From: a virus
Taxonomy: Duplodnaviria > Caudoviricetes
DNA: 63,254 bases
IMG/VR virus record: IMGVR_UViG_3300021403_000008
Location: 1-63,254 of that record
Direction: 5' to 3' (one strand)
Shown here: piece after piece, positions 9,658 through 19,488 of the stretch
Position numbering within the stretch: position 1 is the first letter of the stretch
How the letters are laid out: every line of letters begins with the position of its first letter
The notes under the pieces: generated by a model
Seen by the model: the letters and a program-made list of their open reading frames with translations, nothing else
Told to the model about the DNA's origin: nothing
Database searches by the model: none
Position numbers and translations under genes: made by a program

Positions 9658-12296
9658 TAGGTCCTCCTACCCTGACGCTGAAGGCTTCCATCCGTAAGCG
9701 ACATGGCCTGGAAGGCCGACCGGACGTGGCCTTCAATGACCTGCCCGGTTAGACCATCGAAGTGGGCGTGATACGCGGTCCCTCCGTCGCCTCCGCGAGG
9801 CCGGCCACCCGTCCATGGGCTTACCGTCTCGCCTCCGCTGAAGCGGATAAGCTCCGGGCCTCGCTCTCCGGTCCAGGCCCATCCCGGCATTGCGTTATTC
9901 GTACCGTACGCATAACCGTGGCCGGAGCCCATTCCCATTCCTCCGGACATAAGGCTAGGACCGTATACGTGCCTGGCATAGTTAATGGCCGCAGCGACGT
10001 TAGCCAATGGGTCATAGATATTGTTCGACGTACCCGGAACGTGATAGGCCGCGAACGTACTTCCAATAGTCTGGAGTAGACCTCGCGATGGATCGCCGCG
10101 CTGAGCGTTAATGTCCGTGAGGTTGATAGCGTTCGGGTTGCCGCCGCTCTCCGTATTCATCTGATAGAGGACCCGCGAGGCGAGACTAAGCGGGAGCCCC
10201 AGCATTCCGAGAGCCTGAGCGACTACTCCGGCCCACCGCGAGACTCCGGAGCCGGTAGAGTGGAATAGCTTCGCAAAGAAGCCTCCGACTGCGCCGCCTA
10301 CCTTTCCGAGAGCGCTTAGAGCCTTGGCCGGGAGGTTGGCTAGCGATATCAGGGACTTACCCGCGAGCGAGGCTAGGGCCTGCGGCCAGCCGCCAAATAT
10401 CTTGCCTATGAAGCTACCGAGGTTTGTAGCTCCGGAAAGCATACCGTGGAGCATGCCGGCGACTACGTTCTGGCCCAGTGGCATCATTATCGTCGCCGGA
10501 GACTTAATCCCGAACCAGTGCTTAACGGCTCCGATAATCGGGTCTACGATGTTGCCCTTTATCCAGGAGCCGATACTTCCAATGGCGCTCTTCATTCCGG
10601 CGAGTAGGCCGCTGATAATATTCGAGCCGGCATTGACTAGCCACGACCTAGCCGACGCAAAGAAGTTAAGGATGCGGGTCTTGAGATTGGTATAGGCGTT
10701 GTATACGTCCTGGGCGCCACGGATAGCGCGGCCGACCGTATTACTCCACAGCGTATTCCAGGCAATAGCCGACCCGGCAATAAGCGAGGTCCACCAGTTA
10801 TTCAGCCACGACCTAGCCCGGTTATACAGCGTCTCTACGTCGTGCCATCCCCTAACTATCCGGCTGATCGTATTGTTCCAGATCATATCCCAGTAATGGG
10901 ACACGTCGTGCCGGATGCCGTCAAAGGAATTCGCGATATCGTGCTGAATACGATTTAGCCAGTTCTGGATTCCCTCGTGAATCCGGATGATAGCGCCAAT
11001 GGTATTGTTGTAGATCGAATCCCAGACGTGGGCTATCTCGTGACGCACTCCGTCGAATACGACGGCGACGTCATGCATCGCCGGCAGGAAATGCTGCTCT
11101 ATGTACGTCGCTATCTCGGTAAGGAACTGGAGAGCCCGGATAGCGAATATAGCAATCTGGAATAGGAAGTTCAGAAAGTCGGCAAAGGCTTTGGGGTTAG
11201 CCGAGATGGCGTGTGCGAGCCCGGAGATAGCGTCCGCGAACGATTTAGCAATGCCTGGTATGTCCGGAGTGAAAGCTTTCAGGATAGCGATAAAGGCGGA
11301 AGCGACGGCTCTCATAGACCCGATAACGGCCGGACTCGTAAAGGCCATGAGGATAGCATCGACAAAGGCCTGGAACGGTCCCGCTATCATTCTCATGATA
11401 GCCGAGAACACCGGGGTAAGCTCGTCAAGGATAATCCCCACCATAGCGAGGATGTGGGATATTACCGGAACGAATGCCTGCCCTATCTTCTCAAGGTCCT
11501 TCTTGGCATTCGTCTGGAAGAGGTCCCACTGCTTAGTGAGCTTCCCGGTCATGATAGCGCCAGCGATGCCGATAGCCGCGAAGGCTCCGCCAAGCGCGAA
11601 CACGATAGCTCCGGCCGCAGCCTGGGCGAGGAACGGGAGCGCGGCTAGCCCGGCTACGATGGCCGCTACGATACCGGCCGGACCCGCGAGCGCAGCTATC
11701 CCTCCGCCAGCCGGAGCGGCCGCAGGAGCCCCACCCGTGGCCGCTGGGGCGATAGCTCCGGCCCCACCGAACAAGCCGCCGATGGCCGCTACGGGTCCTC
11801 CCTTGCCTCCTGCGGAGCCGGAGTCCCTACGGAGCAGCGCTAGCTGAGCCCTGGCTTCTTTCGTATCAAAGGTGATACGGATGTCCTTGGACTTACTCCG
11901 GACTTCCTCCAGCCCGGTATCAATGAGCGCAATTTCCTTCATCGCGTCCTTAGACGAGATGTCAACGCCAATCTCTTTGCCTAGCAGTTCCTCCATTCGC
12001 TTGCGTAGCTCTGCGACCTTCTTATCGGCCTTGGATGAATTCGCGTCTATCTCGGCTTCCGGCAGGGCATCGAGCGCGGCCTTCAGACGCTTCCGGAAAC
12101 TAGACCCAAAAGCGTCAGCCGACTTAGTGCCGCCTTTCCCCATCTCGTCCGTAACCGACTTGGAGATGTTGCGGCCTATTTCCTCGCCCACGGCCGAAGA
12201 GGACGGCACGAGCTGTGCCCGCATTCGCTGGTCCCAGCCGCGAGCGTCGGGGACTACTCCGACCGCAACATTTCCTACGAAAATATCAGTTGCCAT
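9657..12296 (-). CDS. Tape measure protein with C-terminal lytic transglycosylase
   Basis: Ala/Gly-rich with Trp/Phe periodicity; TESGGNPNAIN...GLLQ SLT motif; GERGPE. Confidence 0.92.
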   Translation of the reverse strand: MATDIFVGNVAVGVVPDARGWDQRMRAQLVPSSSAVGEEIGRNISKSVTDEMGKGGTKSADAFGSSFRKRLKAALDALPEAEIDANSSKADKKVAELRKRMEELLGKEIGVDISSKDAMKEIALIDTGLEEVRSKSKDIRITFDTKEARAQLALLRRDSGSAGGKGGPVAAIGGLFGGAGAIAPAATGGAPAAAPAGGGIAALAGPAGIVAAIVAGLAALPFLAQAAAGAIVFALGGAFAAIGIAGAIMTGKLTKQWDLFQTNAKKDLEKIGQAFVPVISHILAMVGIILDELTPVFSAIMRMIAGPFQAFVDAILMAFTSPAVIGSMRAVASAFIAILKAFTPDIPGIAKSFADAISGLAHAISANPKAFADFLNFLFQIAIFAIRALQFLTEIATYIEQHFLPAMHDVAVVFDGVRHEIAHVWDSIYNNTIGAIIRIHEGIQNWLNRIQHDIANSFDGIRHDVSHYWDMIWNNTISRIVRGWHDVETLYNRARSWLNNWWTSLIAGSAIAWNTLWSNTVGRAIRGAQDVYNAYTNLKTRILNFFASARSWLVNAGSNIISGLLAGMKSAIGSIGSWIKGNIVDPIIGAVKHWFGIKSPATIMMPLGQNVVAGMLHGMLSGATNLGSFIGKIFGGWPQALASLAGKSLISLANLPAKALSALGKVGGAVGGFFAKLFHSTGSGVSRWAGVVAQALGMLGLPLSLASRVLYQMNTESGGNPNAINLTDINAQRGDPSRGLLQTIGSTFAAYHVPGTSNNIYDPLANVAAAINYARHVYGPSLMSGGMGMGSGHGYAYGTNNAMPGWAWTGERGPELIRFSGGETVSPWTGGRPRGGDGGTAYHAHFDGLTGQVIEGHVRSAFQAMSLTDGSLQRQGRRT

Positions 12297-12790
12297 TAGT
12301 CGGTCCTCCCGGTTATCTCATCCAGCGCATCCTGTGCGTCCTCGTCCCGGACGAGCCTGAGCCGTGGGTCCATCTTCCGCGCATCGGAGAGCGATATCTG
12401 GCGGAGCTTCCGTGTCCGGCCGGTAACTCCCGGCCGCTTAATCGGCTCCGGCCTAGGAATGGCCTGTTCCGTGTGTGCGCTCTGATAGATCCAGATAAGG
12501 TTCCGGACCTCATCAATGAGCGTAGCCGTCAGGCCTTCCATCGCACTCCACCGGGCCTTTACCGGGTCGCCGGAATTCTCCAGTATCCGGTCCTCTGGCA
12601 TACTATTCCGGATAGCCGTATTGAGCGAAGCCTCCACCGGGAGCTGATCTATTAGCACGAGCAGCTTCCGCCACGTTAGGCCGGAGCCTCGACGGAACAA
12701 GTCCGCAAAGGCCAGTCCGTAATAGCGCTGGAGGTCTGCCTCTACCTCTTCCGGGAACGTTTCCGTGAGCCAGACGGCCTTCTGGATTTT
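12296..12790 (-). CDS. Tail assembly chaperone, -1 frameshifted extension
   Basis: -1 frame open from the slippery site (KIQKAVWL...EADLQRYYG) into ORF 12296..12700. Confidence 0.8.
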   Translation of the reverse strand, partial: KIQKAVWLTETFPEEVEADLQRYYGLAFADLFRRGSGLTWRKLLVLIDQLPVEASLNTAIRNSMPEDRILENSGDPVKARWSAMEGLTATLIDEVRNLIWIYQSAHTEQAIPRPEPIKRPGVTGRTRKLRQISLSDARKMDPRLRLVRDEDAQDALDEITGRTD

Positions 12791-13119
12791 CCCATCGACA
12801 TTCTCGCCTGCCGGCCGGACTCGTTGAACACGGCCTCAATCTGGTAATTCTTGAGGTCCGCGTCCAGCCATGTCTCGTATTCCTCATCGTCCTCGATGAC
12901 GGAGCGAGCCCACGTCTCCCAGTCGCCGGAAGTCGCGGCGCGCATAGCGGAGGACGGCCAGGCTCCGGCGTGGAGAATGTGAATGACGGTTCCGTCTATC
13001 CGGACGGTAAGCGGGTCACCGACAACTTCCCGCTGGAGGGTATCGGAGATAAGGTCAAGGTCAACGTCAACCTCTTCCAGCTCCGGGTCCTCGTCCGGAC
13101 GGATTGGGTCCACGCTCAT
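12742..13119 (-). CDS. Tail assembly chaperone
   Basis: Between major tail and tape measure; contains slippery site. Confidence 0.8.
   Translation of the reverse strand: MSVDPIRPDEDPELEEVDVDLDLISDTLQREVVGDPLTVRIDGTVIHILHAGAWPSSAMRAATSGDWETWARSVIEDDEEYETWLDADLKNYQIEAVFNESGRQARMSMGKSRRPSGSRKRSRKR
12787..12793 (-). other. Programmed -1 frameshift site GGGAAAA
   Basis: G GGA AAA in chaperone frame; -1 frame joins downstream ORF. Confidence 0.85.
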
Positions 13120-13760
13120 ATCGACGTGGCGAAGTAGTCGGCAACGCTCTTGCCGTAATTGATATAGCGCTTACCGACTCCGGCCACCTGGGTGGTCCCG
13201 TCATCGATAATTCCCGGATACATGGTCCAGGTAATGTCGAGGGAGGTCACGTCGGCCTGCTGGACCTGGTCGTTTCCGCGAGCCGTCACCTTGGTGAATG
13301 GCGCGTAAAGGCGCATCGCCTTATCGCCGTCGATGGAGTCCCAGATCACCGAATAGCGGTTGTCGTCTGGCGGGTCCGGGATAACGTACCCCACGGTATT
13401 GCCGGTGGCCGGCTTGAGCGGCGAGGACGCCAGCGGGAAGATCGGCACGTCATCGTAGAGCGAGCGAGCGATGGGGTTGAGACCTTCCAGCAGGGTCGCC
13501 TGAACGGTCTTGGAGCCGCCGGTCAGGATAGACCGGATAGGCGTAAGGACGCCAGCGGCCGGAATGTCCTTGATCGTCTCGTCCAGCTTGAAGATATAGC
13601 CGGACGTGTCGACCCAGCCGGCACAGGCATATCCGTCGATGGTCGTTACGTCCTCGAATGCGACTGGGGCTCCGGTGTTCGGAGGACCGACCCAGACGAT
13701 GACGTCTCCTGCGGCGTATAGGAGTTCATTGTCTTTCTGCGGGACTACGGGAGTTGTCAC
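13116..13760 (-). CDS. Major tail tube protein
   Basis: Size, position, GWVDTSG and ATLLE motifs. Confidence 0.85.
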   Translation of the reverse strand: MTTPVVPQKDNELLYAAGDVIVWVGPPNTGAPVAFEDVTTIDGYACAGWVDTSGYIFKLDETIKDIPAAGVLTPIRSILTGGSKTVQATLLEGLNPIARSLYDDVPIFPLASSPLKPATGNTVGYVIPDPPDDNRYSVIWDSIDGDKAMRLYAPFTKVTARGNDQVQQADVTSLDITWTMYPGIIDDGTTQVAGVGKRYINYGKSVADYFATSI

Positions 13761-13768
13761 TTTCTCTC

Positions 13769-14167
13769 CTACGGGTGAATCAGGATTTCATAGGTGGCGG
13801 AATAGCGGACTACATCGGTGTTAGCCTCCGGGAGTGGTCTAGGTCCGGCTATGGTATTCGCGTGCTGAATAACTCCATTCGTAACCTTGATACCCATAAG
13901 GGAATGGATATCTGCCTGGATGTCTCGCGCCGCAGCAGAGACGTTACCCATTTCGGACTTCGGTCCATATACGTCAACATCAATGATCGGCCGGTCAACG
14001 TGGATATTCCGGGGTGCCCCGGATATGCGGTGAAGGCGTGCGACGATTCCGGTTAGGTCGCCTGCTGGCATAATCGTCACAAAACGGATATCGGGCTCCA
14101 TCGGGACGAGCGCATAAAGCATCGCACTCTCCGCGTCCGGTAGAACCGGCGCAACCTGAGGTATCAC
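13769..14167 (-). CDS. Tail terminator
   Basis: PDAE, RISG, DRPIIDVDVYG, RYSATY. Confidence 0.8.
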   Translation of the reverse strand: MIPQVAPVLPDAESAMLYALVPMEPDIRFVTIMPAGDLTGIVARLHRISGAPRNIHVDRPIIDVDVYGPKSEMGNVSAAARDIQADIHSLMGIKVTNGVIQHANTIAGPRPLPEANTDVVRYSATYEILIHP

Positions 14168-14496
14168 GGCGTCACCTCAAAGGCCGCTCGCGCTAGGACC
14201 CGGTAAGGCTCACGTCCGTAGTGGCCGAATTCAACCCAGAACGCGGACGGGGCATCGTTGTACACGATAGCTTCCGCACGGTCCCTAGTGGCGCCTCCGT
14301 GGTCGCTGGAGCGTATCCGGAAGCTAGCCCGGTAACGTCCCGGTTCCTCGTCTCCCTCAGCCCTAGAGCCGGTCGGAGCGATAGCTTCGGCGCGAGCCCG
14401 GATTCCCTCCGCGCGCCGGACCATCTCCGCCACCATAAAGTCGGCCCGGAGCATCCGGCCAATCCCCGCGTGGTCCGGGGTATACGTCGCCGTCAT
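14164..14496 (-). CDS. HK97 gp10-like neck protein
   Basis: AEAIAP...GRYRAS...WVEFG...RVLARA. Confidence 0.75.
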   Translation of the reverse strand: MTATYTPDHAGIGRMLRADFMVAEMVRRAEGIRARAEAIAPTGSRAEGDEEPGRYRASFRIRSSDHGGATRDRAEAIVYNDAPSAFWVEFGHYGREPYRVLARAAFEVTP

Positions 14497-14840
14497 ACCG
14501 AGACTCCCGTCACCTTAGTGGCCCGGACTTCTACCGGAGCCGTATTGCCGGAGAATGGAGAAGCCCATACGTTCGGCTTTCCCTGAACCTCGTATTCGGT
14601 CCCGTCCGGAAGCCGGAGCGCATCTATGTACTCAACGTCAGTCCCGTACGGGAAGTAAACAACAATCTCGGAGCTAAGCTGATCGGTGAACTGAGTAGTC
14701 TCACTCGTTCCCGCTGGCTGAACCGAGCACAGCGGGATATCCTCAGTCGTCTCCGAATATGTGTCATTGCCGTACTCGTCCGTTCCGGAGACGGCACGGC
14801 TAACAATCGTGACCGTTACTCCGTACGGGAAAGAAGGCAT
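14493..14840 (-). CDS. Head-to-tail stopper
   Basis: DEYGND, VQP, YEVQGKP motifs; position. Confidence 0.8.
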   Translation of the reverse strand: MPSFPYGVTVTIVSRAVSGTDEYGNDTYSETTEDIPLCSVQPAGTSETTQFTDQLSSEIVVYFPYGTDVEYIDALRLPDGTEYEVQGKPNVWASPFSGNTAPVEVRATKVTGVSV

Positions 14841-14946
14841 TACTTCCTCCGGCGAGTCCGTGCAGGCGGTGGCTCAGGTAGCTCAATCTCTACCTGAACC
14901 GGATACCTCTGGCCGCCGATCACGACGGCTCCGGTAACGACAACAG

Positions 14947-15231
14947 TCACGGAATGGTACAGGTGAATACGGCCGGGTCCGACGTTCCGGTGAACGTGAG
15001 CGTGTCCTCGTCCGAAGTCGGGACCTCGAATTGCTCCGAACCGGCCGGAGTACCCGGAAGGGTCATGGTCGTGCTGACGTCGTACCTCGTCCCGCCGATC
15101 ACGGCCGCTCCGCTAACGGTCGCGCCGGACGGAGGAACGGGATCATTCCCGTCAACCGAATAGGTGAACGTTACGATCTGGCCGTGAGCCGGAGCCGTAT
15201 CGTCGGCATTGATAGCACAGCTGATTGGCAT
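14947..15231 (-). CDS. Hypothetical beta-rich structural protein
   Basis: Thr/Pro/Val-rich; AGGAG RBS. Confidence 0.55.
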   Translation of the reverse strand: MPISCAINADDTAPAHGQIVTFTYSVDGNDPVPPSGATVSGAAVIGGTRYDVSTTMTLPGTPAGSEQFEVPTSDEDTLTFTGTSDPAVFTCTIP

Positions 15232-15238
15232 TTCGCTC

Positions 15239-15889
15239 CTATAGTTGGACCTTGATGGTTCCGGTAGTCTGACGGTAATCCGCGAGCGTGGTCTTCATCC
15301 CGGCATCGGCTAGCGCGGCCGATAGCCCAGCTCCCGAAGTCCTCCGCATGGAATAGGAATAGGCTCCGATGGACTCGCTCGCTAGAGTCGCGGACTGAGT
15401 TGGAGTCGCTAGCTCCGATATGATTGCGGTACAGAGGACGGCCATAACGTCGGCCGGAGTATCCTGATAGCCATGCGCTCCGGTTACCTGGAATGTCCCG
15501 CCCCACCAGAACGTCTCCTCATACCATTCCTCTGGAAGATTGATAATCCCGGAAGCTCCCGGATTCATGACCGTGATCTCATCGACATCGTCAAAGTGAA
15601 ACCACGTGACCGGGATATCCGGAATGCCAGCGGTACCGCTAAGCGCGAGGACTTCATCAACGGACGCGACCGGGCGCCACGGGAGCTTGATGAGATTCCC
15701 GTCTCCAACTATCTTGATAACGTCCGCATCATACCAGATAAAGTCCTCGCGGCAGTATCGCCGGATAATCGCGGAGCCGTCCGCGAGTAGAGCGGTTGTG
15801 CGCGTCTCTTCGGATGGCGTTAGGCTGCGGCCTAGCCTCGCCTCGATATCCTCCGGAGTGGCGAGGCTAGGCAGCGAGCCAGTCGTCAT
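15239..15889 (-). CDS. Head-to-tail adaptor
   Basis: LATPEDIEARLGRSL, ESIGAYSYS. Confidence 0.85.
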   Translation of the reverse strand: MTTGSLPSLATPEDIEARLGRSLTPSEETRTTALLADGSAIIRRYCREDFIWYDADVIKIVGDGNLIKLPWRPVASVDEVLALSGTAGIPDIPVTWFHFDDVDEITVMNPGASGIINLPEEWYEETFWWGGTFQVTGAHGYQDTPADVMAVLCTAIISELATPTQSATLASESIGAYSYSMRRTSGAGLSAALADAGMKTTLADYRQTTGTIKVQL

Positions 15890-15902
15890 CCTGGTCCACC
15901 TC

Positions 15903-17105
15903 CTACTTGCGGGAACGCCGCGAGCTAGCGGAGCCGGACTCGCCGGTGTCTTCCTCGCCGGAGTCCGGGCCGGCAGCGACGGCCTGACGCTCTTCCTCAG
16001 CGGCCTCTCGCTCTTCCAGCGCGACCCGCTCCCACTCGGAACGGGACATGAGCTGCTCCTGGCCTTCGCCGCTCTCCAGGAGTACGTCCTGCGGGCCGGT
16101 CGCCGGATAGCCCTGCTTGACGTCGATAGCTCCGGTCGTGGGCGGCGTGGTCCCGACTCCGAGCACCGCGCCGAACGGCCAGCGAGCGGTGATCGCCGCT
16201 CCGGGCTGCATGATCGTGACCGGGTTGACGGTCGCGTAGGCGAGGCGCATCGTCATCCGCATCGCCACGGAGTCCTGCTGCATCAGGTTCAGGATGACCT
16301 TCCCGGTATCGTCGGAGATGACGCCTTCCGAGAACATCTTGAACGAGATGTCGGAGCGGATTCCGATCATCGACTTGGTGAAGTCTCCGGCGAGCATGAT
16401 CGCGCCGGGAGTCGGCATGACCCACGAGCCGTTGTTGACCTCTGACATCCGGTAGCCGTAGAGCGTCCCACCCGGACCCGATTGCATGTCGGACTGGTAA
16501 ATCGGGAGGCCCTGCGCGGAACGGATTCCGGTGAGCTTCCAGTTCATACCGGGCATGGCCGCAAAGCCATTCACGGTATAGCCGGTAAGCGCCATCTCCT
16601 GTCCGAGCGCGGCCACGTCCTGGCCCAGGTCCACGCCGGTTCCCTCGATGACGGAATGGCCGGACTTGGTTGCGCCGACGAATACGGATTCGCCCCATGT
16701 GTTCGGCTTGTTGATGCCCCAGAGCACAGCGGAGTCGATGAGCGCGCCCACGGCCTCCGTAATACGCGGCTTGACCTGATCCCAGAGCGGAACGTCCGCA
16801 TCGTCAAGGTACGCTTCCGGAATGGGAACGATACAGGCCAGTTCCTCGACCACGAGCACGACATTCTTCCACTGCTGCTGCGTGGTCTGCTTCATTCCGG
16901 TATCGCCGCCAACCCAGTAGGCGACGGGAAGGACGTCAAGAACCGGCATGCGCTGGGTCTTGGACGAGAGCGGAGTTGACGCCATCAGGGAAAGCGCGGC
17001 CGAAGCTCGCGGAGCCTCCTGGATGATGTCGGATGCGAGAGGCTGCGGGACTAGCGGGTCAGGCCCACCCTGCGTCCGTACGACTCCCTGGTTGTATACG
17101 GCCAT
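15903..17105 (-). CDS. Major capsid protein (HK97 fold) with acidic C-terminal extension
   Basis: AYWVG, EELACIVPI, LAGDF, NLMQQDSVAMR; very GC3-rich codons. Confidence 0.93.
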   Translation of the reverse strand: MAVYNQGVVRTQGGPDPLVPQPLASDIIQEAPRASAALSLMASTPLSSKTQRMPVLDVLPVAYWVGGDTGMKQTTQQQWKNVVLVVEELACIVPIPEAYLDDADVPLWDQVKPRITEAVGALIDSAVLWGINKPNTWGESVFVGATKSGHSVIEGTGVDLGQDVAALGQEMALTGYTVNGFAAMPGMNWKLTGIRSAQGLPIYQSDMQSGPGGTLYGYRMSEVNNGSWVMPTPGAIMLAGDFTKSMIGIRSDISFKMFSEGVISDDTGKVILNLMQQDSVAMRMTMRLAYATVNPVTIMQPGAAITARWPFGAVLGVGTTPPTTGAIDVKQGYPATGPQDVLLESGEGQEQLMSRSEWERVALEEREAAEEERQAVAAGPDSGEEDTGESGSASSRRSRK

Positions 17106-17151
17106 GTGTGCCGGACCTTTCCGCGCAAGCGCGGCTTAACACGCTCGCGGC

Positions 17152-17769
17152 TTATTCGTTTCTACCCTGGACGAGAGTCCGGAACCACGCATTCGGGTCA
17201 GTAGAAGCGCTGCCATTCGACGGAGCGGACCCGGCTCTCAGAGACTCAACTGGGCGTGCGCCCATGGGCGAGCCGTTCCGGCCCTGGCCGTTCTCAAGCA
17301 TGTCCTTTACAAGGACCTGGGCTATTTCCTGGGCTCTCGTTTCGATAAGCCCGGCCCACCGTTCCGCTCGCTCGCTGATTTCCTCGTCCGTTCCGGTACC
17401 GAGGTCATCAATCATCTCGATTGGAAGGTCGTGCGCGGCCGCAGCCATCACGCGGGAATGGTCGGCGCGAGCCTCGTCCCGTTCCCTCCTGGCTTCGGCC
17501 AGTTCCTCCTGAGTCCGTTCGGACTCAGTCATCTGTGCCTTCTTGATTTCGGCTAGCTCCCTAGCCGCGTCGGAGTTGCCCTTTGAGCGATTCTCCCACT
17601 GGCGAGCGCGAGCCTTCCAGTCACGGAGTTCAGCCGCAAGCTGCTCCGGAGTCTGCTCTTCCTCGCCTGTGCCTTCCGGCGCTTGGCCTTCCGGGTCCGT
17701 TCCGGCCCCAGCTCCCTGATCTTCCTGCCCCGTTTCGGGTCCAGTCGATTCCGGCGCTTCCTCGCTCAT
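17152..17769 (-). CDS. Scaffolding protein
   Basis: WKARARQWENRSK coiled coil, MTESER; upstream of capsid gene. Confidence 0.85.
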   Translation of the reverse strand: MSEEAPESTGPETGQEDQGAGAGTDPEGQAPEGTGEEEQTPEQLAAELRDWKARARQWENRSKGNSDAARELAEIKKAQMTESERTQEELAEARRERDEARADHSRVMAAAAHDLPIEMIDDLGTGTDEEISERAERWAGLIETRAQEIAQVLVKDMLENGQGRNGSPMGARPVESLRAGSAPSNGSASTDPNAWFRTLVQGRNE

Positions 17770-17829
17770 CTTAGCCTCTCCCTGCGCAGATACGCGGGAT
17801 TCTAGCCCGTAAAGATCGTAAAGGGAAGC

Positions 17830-18105
17830 TCAGCCTAAGTGCCCAGCCTTCTTGGCCTTAGCCGTCGCCTCTTCCACTCCGGGCGCGTGTCCCGGCCATC
17901 CTCCGGTCGCGCGCTTATGGAGATTGGCGCAGAGTCCCTTTACGATGGCCGGCCCGACGTATTTCCCAAGCTGAACAACACACCTGTCGAAGTCTCCCGG
18001 AACGCCCCAGTCAATCTTGGCGGCTCCGGCTCCCTCTGTCCAGTAGTGCTTGAGACGCTCCGTACTGGCTGCGTCCTTGGGGGTCGCCTCGCGTCCCGCT
18101 ACCAT
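17830..18105 (-). CDS. Conserved actinophage head-region protein
   Basis: LKHYW...KIDWGVPGDFDRC...GLCANLH...GGWPG motif. Confidence 0.7.
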   Translation of the reverse strand: MVAGREATPKDAASTERLKHYWTEGAGAAKIDWGVPGDFDRCVVQLGKYVGPAIVKGLCANLHKRATGGWPGHAPGVEEATAKAKKAGHLG

Positions 18106-18226
18106 CGGTCCTCCCTAACTCGACGGAACCGGCCGTTGCGGGCTCCGAGGTGGTTTCTCCGGTGTTCCGAGGCCCTAGGAGGCCCGGAGGTACCCTCCCG
18201 GCCGCTCCCGGCCATCGTAGCGCTGT

Positions 18227-18547
18227 TCACGGGTACCTCCGGGGCAGCCGTACGGGCTCCGTCGCGATGCGGATGATGCGAGCCCGGACGCGGCCTCCGC
18301 GCTCCGCGCACAGCCTACAGGTAGCCATACCGGAGCCCGCGAGGCCGGCATGTACCGGGCAGAGCCAGATATCCGCCCCATGGCTGAGCACGCCACAGGC
18401 CCGATGGTAGAGACTCGCCGGAGTCGCGCCGCACGTCGCCTCAGGCCCGATCCACGCTGCGCACGGATGGCCGCGTGGAATTACGAGGTCTGGTATGGCG
18501 GGTCCTACCCGGAGGCTATATCTGGAAGATGAATCCGACACCAGCAA
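18227..18547 (-). CDS. Cys/His-rich hypothetical protein (start uncertain)
   Basis: LCPVH and CRLC motifs. Confidence 0.5.
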   Translation of the reverse strand: MLVSDSSSRYSLRVGPAIPDLVIPRGHPCAAWIGPEATCGATPASLYHRACGVLSHGADIWLCPVHAGLAGSGMATCRLCAERGGRVRARIIRIATEPVRLPRRYP

Positions 18548-18971
18548 CTCCCGTTCCGGCTGCGCCTGTTATTGAGTCTCCGGCCGCTGGGGTCCTCGAC
18601 GTACCTAGGAGGAATGCGGCAATGGTATGAGCGGAAGGCCCGGTTACCGCATCACAGCACAGAGCCCAGAAGCACGTCCCAGGCCCGGACGTGAAAGGAC
18701 CCCATGTTATCACGTTGGTATTCCAGACCTGAGACGGCGAGGCATTCGTGGGGCTAGTCGGGTTGTATAGCTGGCGCGCATAGCCAGAGCCGGAAGGGTA
18801 CTCGTTAATGGTAACTCCGGCCATTGAGACTTCATGCTCGTCAAGCGCGCCGATCGCCGTCATGGAAAGGCCAAGGTAGGTATTCGCCGGAGCCGGGCTC
18901 TGCGCCTTGAGGAACACAGCCGCAAGAGCCTGGTTCTGCGCGTACTGGAAAAGCTGGCCCTGTGATATCAC
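18516..18971 (-). CDS. Structural/decoration-like protein
   Basis: YLGL...GSGYARQ...ITWGP pattern seen in phage fibre/decoration proteins. Confidence 0.6.
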   Translation of the reverse strand: MISQGQLFQYAQNQALAAVFLKAQSPAPANTYLGLSMTAIGALDEHEVSMAGVTINEYPSGSGYARQLYNPTSPTNASPSQVWNTNVITWGPFTSGPGTCFWALCCDAVTGPSAHTIAAFLLGTSRTPAAGDSITGAAGTGVAGVGFIFQI

Positions 18972-19267
18972 TCTTCCACCTTAATGAAGTCGCGGTCAAA
19001 TACGTCCGGGTCAATAGTGGTAATCCGGGTATTACCAGTCTTGTCAGCCCACTGGACGAGAGGCCAGCCGGACTCATCGTCATGAGCTATGACCTGTACG
19101 TCGGTACCGGGAGGCATATCCAGCTCTGCCATATCATCGTCTAGAGCCTCTCCACGGGCAGCCTCTCCAAATCCAACGTCGTGGCTATACCGGAATATCT
19201 CCAGAAGCTCCGAACTCACTATGAGCCGCCTCCGCTCTTCCAGGAACTGGGGATGTCCGCAGACCAT
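18968..19267 (-). CDS. Hypothetical protein (start uncertain)
   Basis: Operonic ORF; GTGA overlap with next gene. Confidence 0.55.
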   Translation of the reverse strand: MVCGHPQFLEERRRLIVSSELLEIFRYSHDVGFGEAARGEALDDDMAELDMPPGTDVQVIAHDDESGWPLVQWADKTGNTRITTIDPDVFDRDFIKVEE

Positions 19268-19488
19268 CCTCGCTTGGCCGCTACCCGCTTGATATAGGCC
19301 CGGATACGGTTGTGCTCTTCCGGCGTGTTCGGCCTAGCCCGGCCAACCGACGCGATAGCTGACGCAAGGGAGTCCTTACCCGTTCGCTGCTTGATTGGGA
19401 AGCGCGGCGCGTCCGACTGATTCTGCTGCGACGGAGGCAGGGCCTGTCCCCGCTTTTGTAGTGACTGCCGTTCCTTCAGGTTCGCCAT
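19219..19488 (-). CDS. DUF6582-like stand-alone protein
   Basis: GQALP...RFPI...AIASVGRA...IRAYIKR...IPSSW pattern. Confidence 0.65.
   Translation of the reverse strand: MANLKERQSLQKRGQALPPSQQNQSDAPRFPIKQRTGKDSLASAIASVGRARPNTPEEHNRIRAYIKRVAAKRGWSADIPSSWKSGGGS

Noticed and set aside
12787-12793. Tail chaperone frameshift as a novelty
   Set aside because: Standard feature of long-tailed phages
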